Shown here in pieces: positions 1-8,074 of a stretch of DNA of 43,754 bases. Source of the stretch: an uncultured Clostridia bacterium (GTDB lineage Bacteria > Bacillota > Clostridia > Oscillospirales > Acutalibacteraceae); NCBI GenBank assembly GCA_946004305.1, contig CAMFZJ010000001.1, forward strand, positions 1-43,754. Direction: 5' to 3'. How positions within the stretch are numbered: position 1 is the first letter of the stretch; each line of letters begins with the position of its first letter. The notes under the pieces are model-generated. The model worked only from the letters and a program-made list of their open reading frames with translations, ran no database searches and had not been told where the DNA came from. The position numbers were made by a program, and so were the translations under genes.

Positions 1-56
1 CAATATGATATAATAACTTAATGAAATATTACACCTGTTATTTATTGGAGGTACAT

Positions 57-557
57 ATGGTTGCGGAGCAGGAAATTAAAAGCAGAAAATTCAAATGTGA
101 TTTTGAAAAGGAAAAGCTGTCTTATCAGGTCAGCAGTAAAGAAATGGAGATTTTTGATGAAAAGAAAACAAAGCTTGCAAAAACACTGAATAATTTTGTA
201 CTGAAACTTGAAATGGATTACGATTGCAGTCGTAACAAAATAGCCGATAAGATTGAAGAAAACTGTCAGCAGAGCTGGGACACCTATAAAAGAATAATAA
301 ACGGAAGATGCAAAGCGACAAGAGTTGCCTTGTATAAATTCTGCATTGGTATGAATCTGAGCAGAGAAGAAGCCGATACCCTGTTCAATCTGACAGAGGA
401 AGGAAGGCTTACCGACGACAATATGGGAGATTATATTTTTGTAAGGGCATTGGGGCAGGATTCAATATTCGACTTTATCGATGAATTTGAAAAGTACACA
501 GGAAAGAGTATAGCCTTAAGGGATAGACGAGAAAATCAAAAGAAAACTATGGATTAA
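57..557 (+). CDS. Putative helix-turn-helix regulatory protein
   Basis: GGAGGT RBS before ATG57 (track start 21). XRE-like segment SWDTYKRIING...RVALYKFCIGMNLSREEADTLF. Confidence 0.5.
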   Translation: MVAEQEIKSRKFKCDFEKEKLSYQVSSKEMEIFDEKKTKLAKTLNNFVLKLEMDYDCSRNKIADKIEENCQQSWDTYKRIINGRCKATRVALYKFCIGMNLSREEADTLFNLTEEGRLTDDNMGDYIFVRALGQDSIFDFIDEFEKYTGKSIALRDRRENQKKTMD

Positions 558-707
558 AGCAGGGGAAAACTTATCCCTCGAATCTAATTATCTGAGAGGC
601 TATAATGAAGACACACTTAAACAAAGGAGGTCTTCAGAATTATTAATCCAAAAACAAATTGCCCAAAAGGCTCTCAGATTATTAAATCACGAAAGGAAAG
701 AAATTTT

Positions 708-1349
708 ATGAAACCCATTATTTTTTGTAATATCGCTTATATGAAGTACTACAAAGGCATTATCGACGGCATTGACGAACCCGTAAACGGCGGAGCATAT
801 GTACAGGAAACAAACGATGCTCACGAGGCGTACAACTTTGACGGCTTTAAATTTACAGACGACAAAACCGATTTCTGCGTAGGCTTCGTAATGCTTGCAC
901 AATCCCTGAAAAATAAAACAAGCCAGTTCCACATTGAAAAAATCAACGGCTGTCAGCTTTCTAAAAACGAGGAAAGCGTTGATGGCGTAACTGTTGTATG
1001 GTGTGCAAAGTCAGACAAGATTGACGATATGAGAGTTATCGGCTGGTACAAAGACGCTACTGTCCACCGATATCCGCAATTTGTTGAATTTGACAACGGA
1101 TACGTTCAGGAATTCAATTTTATTGACAAGAAGGAAAACTGCGTACTTCTGCCTGAAATCGAACGCTTTTCATCAAAGTGGGTTGTTCCGAGAAGTGGTC
1201 ACAAAGGCTATGATTTTGGATTCGGACGTTCAAATTTATGGTATGCTCAGGGTACGGAAAACAATGCAGAATTAAAACGCTACATTGAAAATCTGTCGGC
1301 ACAAATTGAAAACTACAACGGCGAAAATTGGATTAACAAGGAGGTGTAA
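708..1349 (+). CDS. Uncharacterised 213-aa protein (FCNIAYM..Y.G / GG.YV / HE.YNF / VIGWYKDATV motifs), possibly nucleic-acid recognition
   Basis: Clean ORF with AAAGGA RBS. The motifs resemble, from memory, a domain seen N-terminal to HNH nucleases; not verified. Confidence 0.55.
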   Translation: MKPIIFCNIAYMKYYKGIIDGIDEPVNGGAYVQETNDAHEAYNFDGFKFTDDKTDFCVGFVMLAQSLKNKTSQFHIEKINGCQLSKNEESVDGVTVVWCAKSDKIDDMRVIGWYKDATVHRYPQFVEFDNGYVQEFNFIDKKENCVLLPEIERFSSKWVVPRSGHKGYDFGFGRSNLWYAQGTENNAELKRYIENLSAQIENYNGENWINKEV

Positions 1350-1353
1350 TAAT

Positions 1354-3945
1354 TTGAAAAACTTTACCTGGGAAAACTTTGACAATGAATTTTTAAAAGC
1401 AGTTATCTACTCACCCGAAACAAACGCAGACGACCGTCCTCTGCACGAAACGGACGAAAAGGAGGACCTTGTCTGCTCAATGAATCTGATTTGCACCGCA
1501 CCGAACGACAGGTTTGTAAAAAGCTACCGTCAGATTATTGAGGACAAGCTCTTGTGCAAATACCACGACGTTCTGGACGAGGTTTTCAACGCCCTCTGCA
1601 TTACAGGCCAGGACTTCGGCACAAGATTCAGAAGTCTGCGCCAAATGGCAACCTCGCCAAGCCTTATTATCGCATACGCAACTGCGATTGCAAAAATCGG
1701 CGGTGCTGACGTTATTTTTTCAGAGGACACAAAGTTCAGAAGAACTATTGAGCTGAATATGAGAGAAACTCCTGCGGAGGATATTTCGCTCTACGACTTT
1801 CAGAAGGACGCAGTAAACGCCCTCGAAAATCACTTCATCAAGGAAGATGAAAAGTCGGGCTTGCTTGTAATGCCAACGGGAAGCGGAAAAAGCAGAACAG
1901 CCTCTTACTTTTTAATCAAGGATATGATAAGTCAGGGTTACCAGATTCTCTGGATAGTTCACCGTCATATGCTGATTAATCAGGCGGCAGAGTGTTTTTA
2001 CAGATTCGCAGGTCTTTCAAAGCTTGAAAATCCCGACATCAAAAGCTACAAAATCAGCTGTATATCCTCTGAGCACCAAAGCATAAAATCCGTTGATAAA
2101 AACGACAATGTTATCATTGGAAGTATTCAGTCAATTTGCAGAAATCAAAGGCATTTAAGAAGAATTACAAGCAAAAAGCTGATGATTGTCGTTGACGAGG
2201 CTCACCACACCTTTGCACGCTCCTACAGGGACACGATAAAATATCTTCTCAAATACCGCCCCAACGCAAAGCTCCTCGGACTTACGGCAACGCCTGTACG
2301 CAGTAATGATTATGACAGTGCAGTACTGCTAAAACTCTTTGACGACAATATTATCTACAGCATTTCGCTCGGAAACCTGATTGCAAAGGGAATACTTGCC
2401 GAACCTGTATTCACGAGGATAGAAACGAACGAGAACTTTGAGCCCGTTATCACCGAGGATGAGGCACAGAAAATCAAAAGGCGTGGCGAGCTCCCCGATT
2501 CCCTGCTCGGGAAAATTGCCGTCTGCTCCTCACGAAACAGCATTATTATTGGCGAGTACCTCAAAAACGCCGAAAAATACGGCAAGACTCTTATTTTTGC
2601 GCTGAATGTTATGCATTGCAGACTTCTTTGTGACGAGCTGAAAAAGCGTGGCGTAAAATGCGACTGTATTTATTCGGGAAACGAGGACAACAGCTACATA
2701 ATCGAGCAGTTCAAAAGCGGAAAATTCGACGTGCTTGTGAATGTGAACATAATGACGGAGGGTAGTGACGTCCCCAATATTGAAACGGTTTTTCTCACAA
2801 GACCTACACAGAGCGAGGGCTTGCTGATGCAGATGATTGGCAGAGGTATGCGTGGTATTCAGGCTGGCGGAACGGAAAAGGTCAACCTGGTTGACTTTAA
2901 CGACAAGTGGACGGTGTTCAACAAATGGCTCAATCCGAAGTGGCTGTTTGCGGAAATTGACGAAAACGAGGAAACCGAAGAAGAACAGGCACAGGCTGAA
3001 ACCGCAATCAGCGAGGAGGAACAGGAAGAAATATATTCGTGGGAGCTTTGCAAGGAAGCGTACAATATTCTGTCGGCAAAGGCAATGACTTACAACAGTC
3101 TTGTCACTCTCCCCTCCTGCTGGTACTCGCTGATTGACGAGGACGGTTACGATTACCCTCTGCTTGTGTTTGAGGACCAGCTGAAAGGCTATGTAAATCT
3201 GATGAAGGACAAAAAGGAGATTATTTCAAGCGAGTCGATCGATGTTCCGAAGCTGATTGAAAAGTATTTCTCGGGATTCTGTATGCGACCGAGCGAGCGT
3301 GAAATTGCGATGCTGATTGACAATCTCAAAAGCTTTGAGGAAGAACCAAAGGTGCATACGTTTGCAGACCGCAAAAAGATAGACCCATACTATATTGCAA
3401 AACAGGCTCTTGAAGAAAACAAGGACTTCAAGGTGTTGGCAGAACAAGCATATCAGAATTATCCGTTAGCCGAAGAAATATACGGTAGCTGGGAAAACTA
3501 TGCAAGCAAGGTTTTTCACTTCTATATTTACAGAGGCAAATGTCCCGCATACGGCACACGAGTAATCGAGCTTCCCGACGAGCTGATACCGTTTGACAGA
3601 GAGCCGTATTACAACCTTGACGAGCTTGTGCAGGAAGTAAAGGACGAGATGTTTCACGGCTCATACGACGGAATTTCGTCAATCCGCTGGACTGACAAGG
3701 CGTACAAGCAATACTACGGCTGTTATTTTTACAGGGACAACAGCATAGTCATAAATTGCGTTCTCAACTCAAAGGACATCCCGAAAGGGGTTGTTAAATT
3801 CGTAATTTACCACGAGCTTCTTCACCGTGACTATATGCACCACGATAAGCTGTTCAGAGAGCAGGAGCATAAGTACAAGGACTACGAGGAATGCGAGTGC
3901 TTCCTTTACGGTCATATGCCGAAGCTTGAAATCAAGGAATGGTAA
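1354..3945 (+). CDS. SF2 DExH-box helicase (ResIII-like) fused to C-terminal HExxH zinc-metallopeptidase (YgjP/SprT-like)
   Basis: Walker A MPTGSGKS, DEAHH, LTATP, TEGSDVP and QMIGRGMR motifs; C-terminal VIYHELLHRDYMHH..F. Likely start is TTG1354 after GGAGGTG. Confidence 0.85.
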   Translation: MKNFTWENFDNEFLKAVIYSPETNADDRPLHETDEKEDLVCSMNLICTAPNDRFVKSYRQIIEDKLLCKYHDVLDEVFNALCITGQDFGTRFRSLRQMATSPSLIIAYATAIAKIGGADVIFSEDTKFRRTIELNMRETPAEDISLYDFQKDAVNALENHFIKEDEKSGLLVMPTGSGKSRTASYFLIKDMISQGYQILWIVHRHMLINQAAECFYRFAGLSKLENPDIKSYKISCISSEHQSIKSVDKNDNVIIGSIQSICRNQRHLRRITSKKLMIVVDEAHHTFARSYRDTIKYLLKYRPNAKLLGLTATPVRSNDYDSAVLLKLFDDNIIYSISLGNLIAKGILAEPVFTRIETNENFEPVITEDEAQKIKRRGELPDSLLGKIAVCSSRNSIIIGEYLKNAEKYGKTLIFALNVMHCRLLCDELKKRGVKCDCIYSGNEDNSYIIEQFKSGKFDVLVNVNIMTEGSDVPNIETVFLTRPTQSEGLLMQMIGRGMRGIQAGGTEKVNLVDFNDKWTVFNKWLNPKWLFAEIDENEETEEEQAQAETAISEEEQEEIYSWELCKEAYNILSAKAMTYNSLVTLPSCWYSLIDEDGYDYPLLVFEDQLKGYVNLMKDKKEIISSESIDVPKLIEKYFSGFCMRPSEREIAMLIDNLKSFEEEPKVHTFADRKKIDPYYIAKQALEENKDFKVLAEQAYQNYPLAEEIYGSWENYASKVFHFYIYRGKCPAYGTRVIELPDELIPFDREPYYNLDELVQEVKDEMFHGSYDGISSIRWTDKAYKQYYGCYFYRDNSIVINCVLNSKDIPKGVVKFVIYHELLHRDYMHHDKLFREQEHKYKDYEECECFLYGHMPKLEIKEW

Positions 3946-3968
3946 CTTCAGATGAGTTTACAAGTTTT

Positions 3969-4005
3969 ACAGAGCAGGTAGTTTTGGCTATCTGCTCTGT
4001 TTTTT
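3969..4005 (+). terminator. Intrinsic terminator after helicase operon
   Basis: ACAGAGCAGGTAG-loop-CTATCTGCTCTGT followed by a T-run. Confidence 0.8.
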
Positions 4006-4102
4006 GGAATCAATGGAAATTTGACTGCCTATCCGTTTTCTCGTTCTATATGATTTTTGAGTCAGAAACGATGATATTCAATGCTTCCTCCTTGGAAATT
4101 TT

Positions 4103-4990
4103 CTACTCAAGATAATTGTCTCTCGCAGTTCTTGCTTTTTCAAGCCAATCATAATATTCTTCAAAACTCAAAGGCTTTTCAACAGTATCAGGTGTGTTCA
4201 GCGTTCTTTCATAACGCTTATACATTTTACCTCGCTGTGTGTCAAAAACTTTCAGCACCTCATTTCTGTTTGCCAGGATCCGGTGCTTTAATCTCGGCGC
4301 AAACTCCTTACAAGTTTTTCCGTTTTTCAGAACTCTGTCGCAGTACAGGGTTTTCTTTTTTGTCTTTGGCACAAAGTATCTGCCGCAAAGCTGACAGCGG
4401 CAGAGGCGGTATCCGTTCTCAACAAATAAATGTAACAGCAGAAAATAATACTCTGTCAGGTTACGGATATGGTACATCTGTTTGGATTTGTTGTCCTCAA
4501 AATAAAATACGGTGGAAATCTGTACGCTGTTGTAATTGAAATCTTCATTAATATCTATTTCTTTTTGACTTGATAAATCGCTGAAAAAGTGCAAAACAAA
4601 AAACTGAATGGTTTTTATCTGGTTAAGATAGCTTGCGTATTCACGCAGATAATGTTCTGTTGCGTCATCTTCTCCTAAAAAATCCTCAATCATAAGTCTG
4701 TTCAACAGACCGTAAAACGCTCTGTATTTCGACAATGCCTTTTCTGCTTTTGCTGTTAAATTTTTAATCAGTGCAAGTCTTTCTTCACTTTCATCGGGAT
4801 GGGTTCTATAAATCTTTCTGATTTTATTTTGCAGTTCAGAATACTCTTCAAAATCTTCTTCTGAGAAACTAATCAACTCATCTTTGATGGTTGTATTTTC
4901 AATTGGAATCTTATTGTTGTTTTCCTGCATATAGCCGGAAATATTTCCTTTGGAATCAATTTTTAATAATAAACCTTCGTGCTTTGCCAT
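4103..4990 (-). CDS. DUF6076-like Zn-binding protein, possibly C-terminally truncated
   Basis: CRCQLCGRYFVP...TLYCDR...TCKE motif. ATG4990 follows AGAGGTG. Confidence 0.65.
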   Translation of the reverse strand: MAKHEGLLLKIDSKGNISGYMQENNNKIPIENTTIKDELISFSEEDFEEYSELQNKIRKIYRTHPDESEERLALIKNLTAKAEKALSKYRAFYGLLNRLMIEDFLGEDDATEHYLREYASYLNQIKTIQFFVLHFFSDLSSQKEIDINEDFNYNSVQISTVFYFEDNKSKQMYHIRNLTEYYFLLLHLFVENGYRLCRCQLCGRYFVPKTKKKTLYCDRVLKNGKTCKEFAPRLKHRILANRNEVLKVFDTQRGKMYKRYERTLNTPDTVEKPLSFEEYYDWLEKARTARDNYLE

Positions 4991-5055
4991 ATACACCTCT
5001 GTCCTGAAGTAAAAATTATAAAAATCACTTCAATTCACTTTGTCATATATTTTTC

Positions 5056-5403
5056 TTGAAAAGTATGAGATTATTGTATCACACCGGTGAAAAAATTCCA
5101 ACAGCTTTTGGATTACAACTGAATAACTATATTGAAATGATGATAGCAGAAAAATATTTCAACGGCAGCAATGCAGAATTTCTTGAGCGATACAATGCTT
5201 ATTCAGGAAAAAGTCTTTCGGCTCGTATTCTAAAAAGGATGATGAACAAGTGGAAGTATGATCTGAATGACAACCACATTTACTTCAAATCGTATAAGGA
5301 AAATAACATCAGAAAGGTGGAAGTAAAGTATGATTGTGAAAATGATAATTCGGACAGTGAGTACGTTAGGTACGATAAGTACGATGAAAATATAGCTGTC
5401 TGA
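5056..5403 (+). pseudogene. Gene remnant or hypothetical protein
   Basis: 115-codon ORF with no clear RBS and no recognisable motif. Confidence 0.3.
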
Positions 5404-5889
5404 TTTATCGTTTTTATCGTCCTTATTGTCCACAACGCAGATGTTGAGCAGAATTTGGCGGGTTGTCCGACTTTCAGGAAAAAACGGATAAAGTACCCGA
5501 CTTTAAGTAAAAATCGAAATTTGGGCGAATTTACGGCAGAGAGAAAAACAGCTTCTACAAGCAGTTTTTTCAATATCAGCCTGTGATTTACCGGGTAGGT
5601 AGTTAAGCAGGATAAAGGCGTATTCCGTGCAAGCACGATTGCGCCGAAATACACCGTCCGGCAGTGCCGTTCGGGCAATATAAAAGGTGTTACTTTTTTC
5701 AGAAAGTGTTACTAAATGTATTCCGTAATATCTAAAAGTTAGGTGTTCAAGCCAAAAAGCACGGAACAAAAATGTATGACAAGGGAGATAATATGCTTTT
5801 ATTAAAATCATTAACCAAATCAACAGAGAAAGGACGATGAAAGAATATAGACAATCTGCAACTGCATAGTTTTTACCGAGGTGTTTAAG

Positions 5890-6069
5890 GTGAAAACAAA
5901 AATCATCTTTGAAAACCAAAATGAAAATGCAGAGCAGAAAAATGTCAGTAAAGAATTTGAAAATGAAATTAAAAAATCAATCTTCCTTGTACTTCAAGAG
6001 CAGGGTTATCTTACTCAGAATCAGTACGAGGAGTGTCTAAAGAAATTGAAAGCTTATACTAATACCTAA
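5890..6069 (+). CDS. Small protein upstream of serine recombinase (SHOCT-like; candidate directionality factor)
   Basis: GAGGTG RBS before GTG5890. LQEQGYLTQNQYEECLKKL matches a SHOCT-like pattern. Confidence 0.55.
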   Translation: MKTKIIFENQNENAEQKNVSKEFENEIKKSIFLVLQEQGYLTQNQYEECLKKLKAYTNT

Positions 6070-6213
6070 TAAAAAGTAGAAAATCTTTGCGGTCTAATTT
6101 CCACAATACTGCGTTGTCGTCCTTGCAAGGCGTTAGCCTTGCGGCGTCCTCCGCCTTGTCTTGCGAAAATTATCCTCGCAAATATTAATCAACTTTCTAT
6201 CAGGTATTAGTAT
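6056..6213. repeat. ~158-bp palindromic MITE/REP-like element
   Basis: Left end ATACTAATACCTAATAAAAAGT versus right-end reverse complement ATACTAATACCTGATAGAAAGT. Imperfect symmetry extends ~55 bp around a GC-rich core. Confidence 0.6.
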
Positions 6214-6228
6214 TAAAATCCATAACGG

Positions 6229-6301
6229 GAAATTTTCAGAGTGTCACAACAACTGTCGCTCTGAAAATTTCTCTGGACATTGTGAGAATCAATAATATAC
6301 T
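6229..6301 (+). promoter_or_regulatory. 13-bp perfect inverted repeat followed by sigma-A-like promoter of the recombinase
   Basis: GAAATTTTCAGAG (6229-6241) / CTCTGAAAATTTC (6259-6271), then TGGACA-N16-TATACT (6274-6301). Confidence 0.5.
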
Positions 6302-6325
6302 TGTGTTGCCGAAGGAGGTATAAAA

Positions 6326-8008
6326 ATGTTAAATAAGTTTGAAAACGAAGTCAAAAAGATAGCGGCTTACTGCCGCGTGTCAACCGACAATCTCGATCAG
6401 GCAAATTCACTTGAGAGTCAGCAAAGATATTTCAATGAGTATATAAAACGCAATCCGCTGTGGGAACTCTATGAAATTTATGTTGACGAGGGAATCAGCG
6501 GAACGAGTACAAAAAAGCGAGCGTCATTCAACCGAATGATAGAAGATGCGAAAGCAAAAAAGTTTGATTTGATTATCACAAAGGAAATCAGCAGATTTGC
6601 CAGAAACACTCTTGATAGCATTGGCTACACAAGAGAACTTAAAAGCTACGGCATAGGCGTGATTTTTATGAATGACAATATCAACACGCTTGACCCTGAC
6701 GCAGAACTTCGACTGACAATTATGTCGTCAATCGCTCAGGAAGAGAGCCGAAAAACCTCCGACAGAGTAAAGTGGGGACAACGCAGAATGATGGAGCAGG
6801 GCGTTGTGTTCGGCAGAGATATGCTGGGCTACGATGTCCGTGACGGAAAGCTTTACATAAATCAAGAGGGTGCAGAAACCGTCAGATTAATCTATCATAA
6901 ATTTCTCAAAGAGGGCAAAGGAACTCATATTATCGCAAAGGAGTTGCGAGATGAAGGAATCAAGACCTCAACCTATATGAAAGACTGGTCATACACGGTG
7001 ATATTGCGAATTCTCAAAAATGAAAAGTACTGCGGTGATTTGATTCAGCAGAAAACCTACACGCCCGATTATCTGTCGCACAACAAAAGATACAACAAGG
7101 GCGAGGTTGAGTATGTGACAATCCGAAATCATCACGAGCCGATTGTTTCAAGAGAGATGTTTGAAGCAACGCAACGAGAGCTTGAACGCCGAAAAAATCT
7201 TCACGGAGCAAAAAACGGCTTTGCAAACCGATACTCTCTTTCGGGAAAAATAATCTGTGCAGAGTGCGGTTCAACCTTTATCCACCGCAAAAAAACTTCA
7301 TCAAACGGAAATCAGAATGAAAGCTGGGCTTGTATTCAGAATCAGAAGTACGGCAAGGAGCAAACTAACAAAAATAATGAAAAGGTCGGCTGTTCAAATG
7401 TTTCAATAAACGAAAAGGACATTCGTTCAATCCTGCAACATATTATTTCAGATATTATGAAAGATAGAAATAGAATTTTAGAAAGCATATTGCAAATCGT
7501 GTCCGATGTTCTGAAATCAGATAAAGAGAAAGACAACATAACCTATTTTGAAAACGAGCTTGAAAAGATAGAAAACAAAAAACAAAAGCTACTTGATATG
7601 TGCCTGTCGGGTGATATAGAGACCTCGGATTACCGCAAAGCCTGCGAACGCCTCAAAGCAGAATACGAAACAATATCCGAAAAACTGCAAAAAGAAAAAG
7701 CCCACAGCAGTATGCTTGCGGACAAGGAAAAAATAATCAGTGAAATTAAAGCTTATGTAAATTCAATCATAATTGGTGAAGAGTGGAGCGATACATTTTA
7801 CCGCAACATAGTAGATAAAATTGTAGTCAACAAAAATCGTGAGCTTGACATTCACCTTAGATTCATTCCCGACAAGTGGAGTGCTAAAATCCTCTGCGGT
7901 AAGGCTGAAATTGACAGCTATAATGAAAAATTTTCCAACCAAGGCACTTCAGAGCCTATGTCCGTTAATGTTGCTTTTAATTCCGGCAAAGGCATTGTAA
8001 ATCTCTGA
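6326..8008 (+). CDS. Large serine recombinase of the non-phage element
   Basis: AAYCRVST catalytic motif, SRFARN, recombinase domain, C..CG zinc ribbon and coiled coil. AAGGAGGT RBS. Confidence 0.95.
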   Translation: MLNKFENEVKKIAAYCRVSTDNLDQANSLESQQRYFNEYIKRNPLWELYEIYVDEGISGTSTKKRASFNRMIEDAKAKKFDLIITKEISRFARNTLDSIGYTRELKSYGIGVIFMNDNINTLDPDAELRLTIMSSIAQEESRKTSDRVKWGQRRMMEQGVVFGRDMLGYDVRDGKLYINQEGAETVRLIYHKFLKEGKGTHIIAKELRDEGIKTSTYMKDWSYTVILRILKNEKYCGDLIQQKTYTPDYLSHNKRYNKGEVEYVTIRNHHEPIVSREMFEATQRELERRKNLHGAKNGFANRYSLSGKIICAECGSTFIHRKKTSSNGNQNESWACIQNQKYGKEQTNKNNEKVGCSNVSINEKDIRSILQHIISDIMKDRNRILESILQIVSDVLKSDKEKDNITYFENELEKIENKKQKLLDMCLSGDIETSDYRKACERLKAEYETISEKLQKEKAHSSMLADKEKIISEIKAYVNSIIIGEEWSDTFYRNIVDKIVVNKNRELDIHLRFIPDKWSAKILCGKAEIDSYNEKFSNQGTSEPMSVNVAFNSGKGIVNL

Positions 8009-8055
8009 CTAAGGTAACGGAGAGATGCCCCTAATTCACCATCAGGACCTCCATA
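7948..8055 (-). pseudogene. cotJC: Internal 36-codon segment of spore coat protein CotJC (manganese catalase family)
   Basis: Minus-strand translation YGGPDGELGASLRYLSQRFTMPLPELKATLTDIGSE, the conserved CotJC core. No stops or frameshifts. Confidence 0.93.
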
Positions 8056-8074
8056 CCCCTAAATGTGATAGTTT
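8047..8074. other. Left prophage att junction (core ACCTCCATAC 8047-8056 plus phage arm)
   Basis: Core is repeated at 43700-43709. Arm CCTAAATGTGATAGTTTT matches the reverse complement of the right-end arm at 16/18 positions. Confidence 0.9.

Larger units (their letters stand above)
1..7947. mobile_element. Non-phage serine-recombinase integrative element inserted in cotJC (left end outside window)
   Basis: Large serine recombinase at its right end. cotJC similarity on the minus strand stops abruptly after DIGSE at ~7948. Cargo is accessory genes only, with no virion genes. Confidence 0.8.

Noticed and set aside
1285-1353. ORF-track start of the helicase at 1285
   Set aside because: It overlaps the upstream gene by 65 bp; TTG1354 has a proper GGAGGTG RBS.
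4081-4539. 152-aa plus-strand ORF and similar antisense ORFs (5280-5678, 5503-5919, 20564-20986, 27490-27996, 35723-36157, 41036-41440)
   Set aside because: Mostly shadow frames of better-supported genes, lacking RBS and recognisable motifs.
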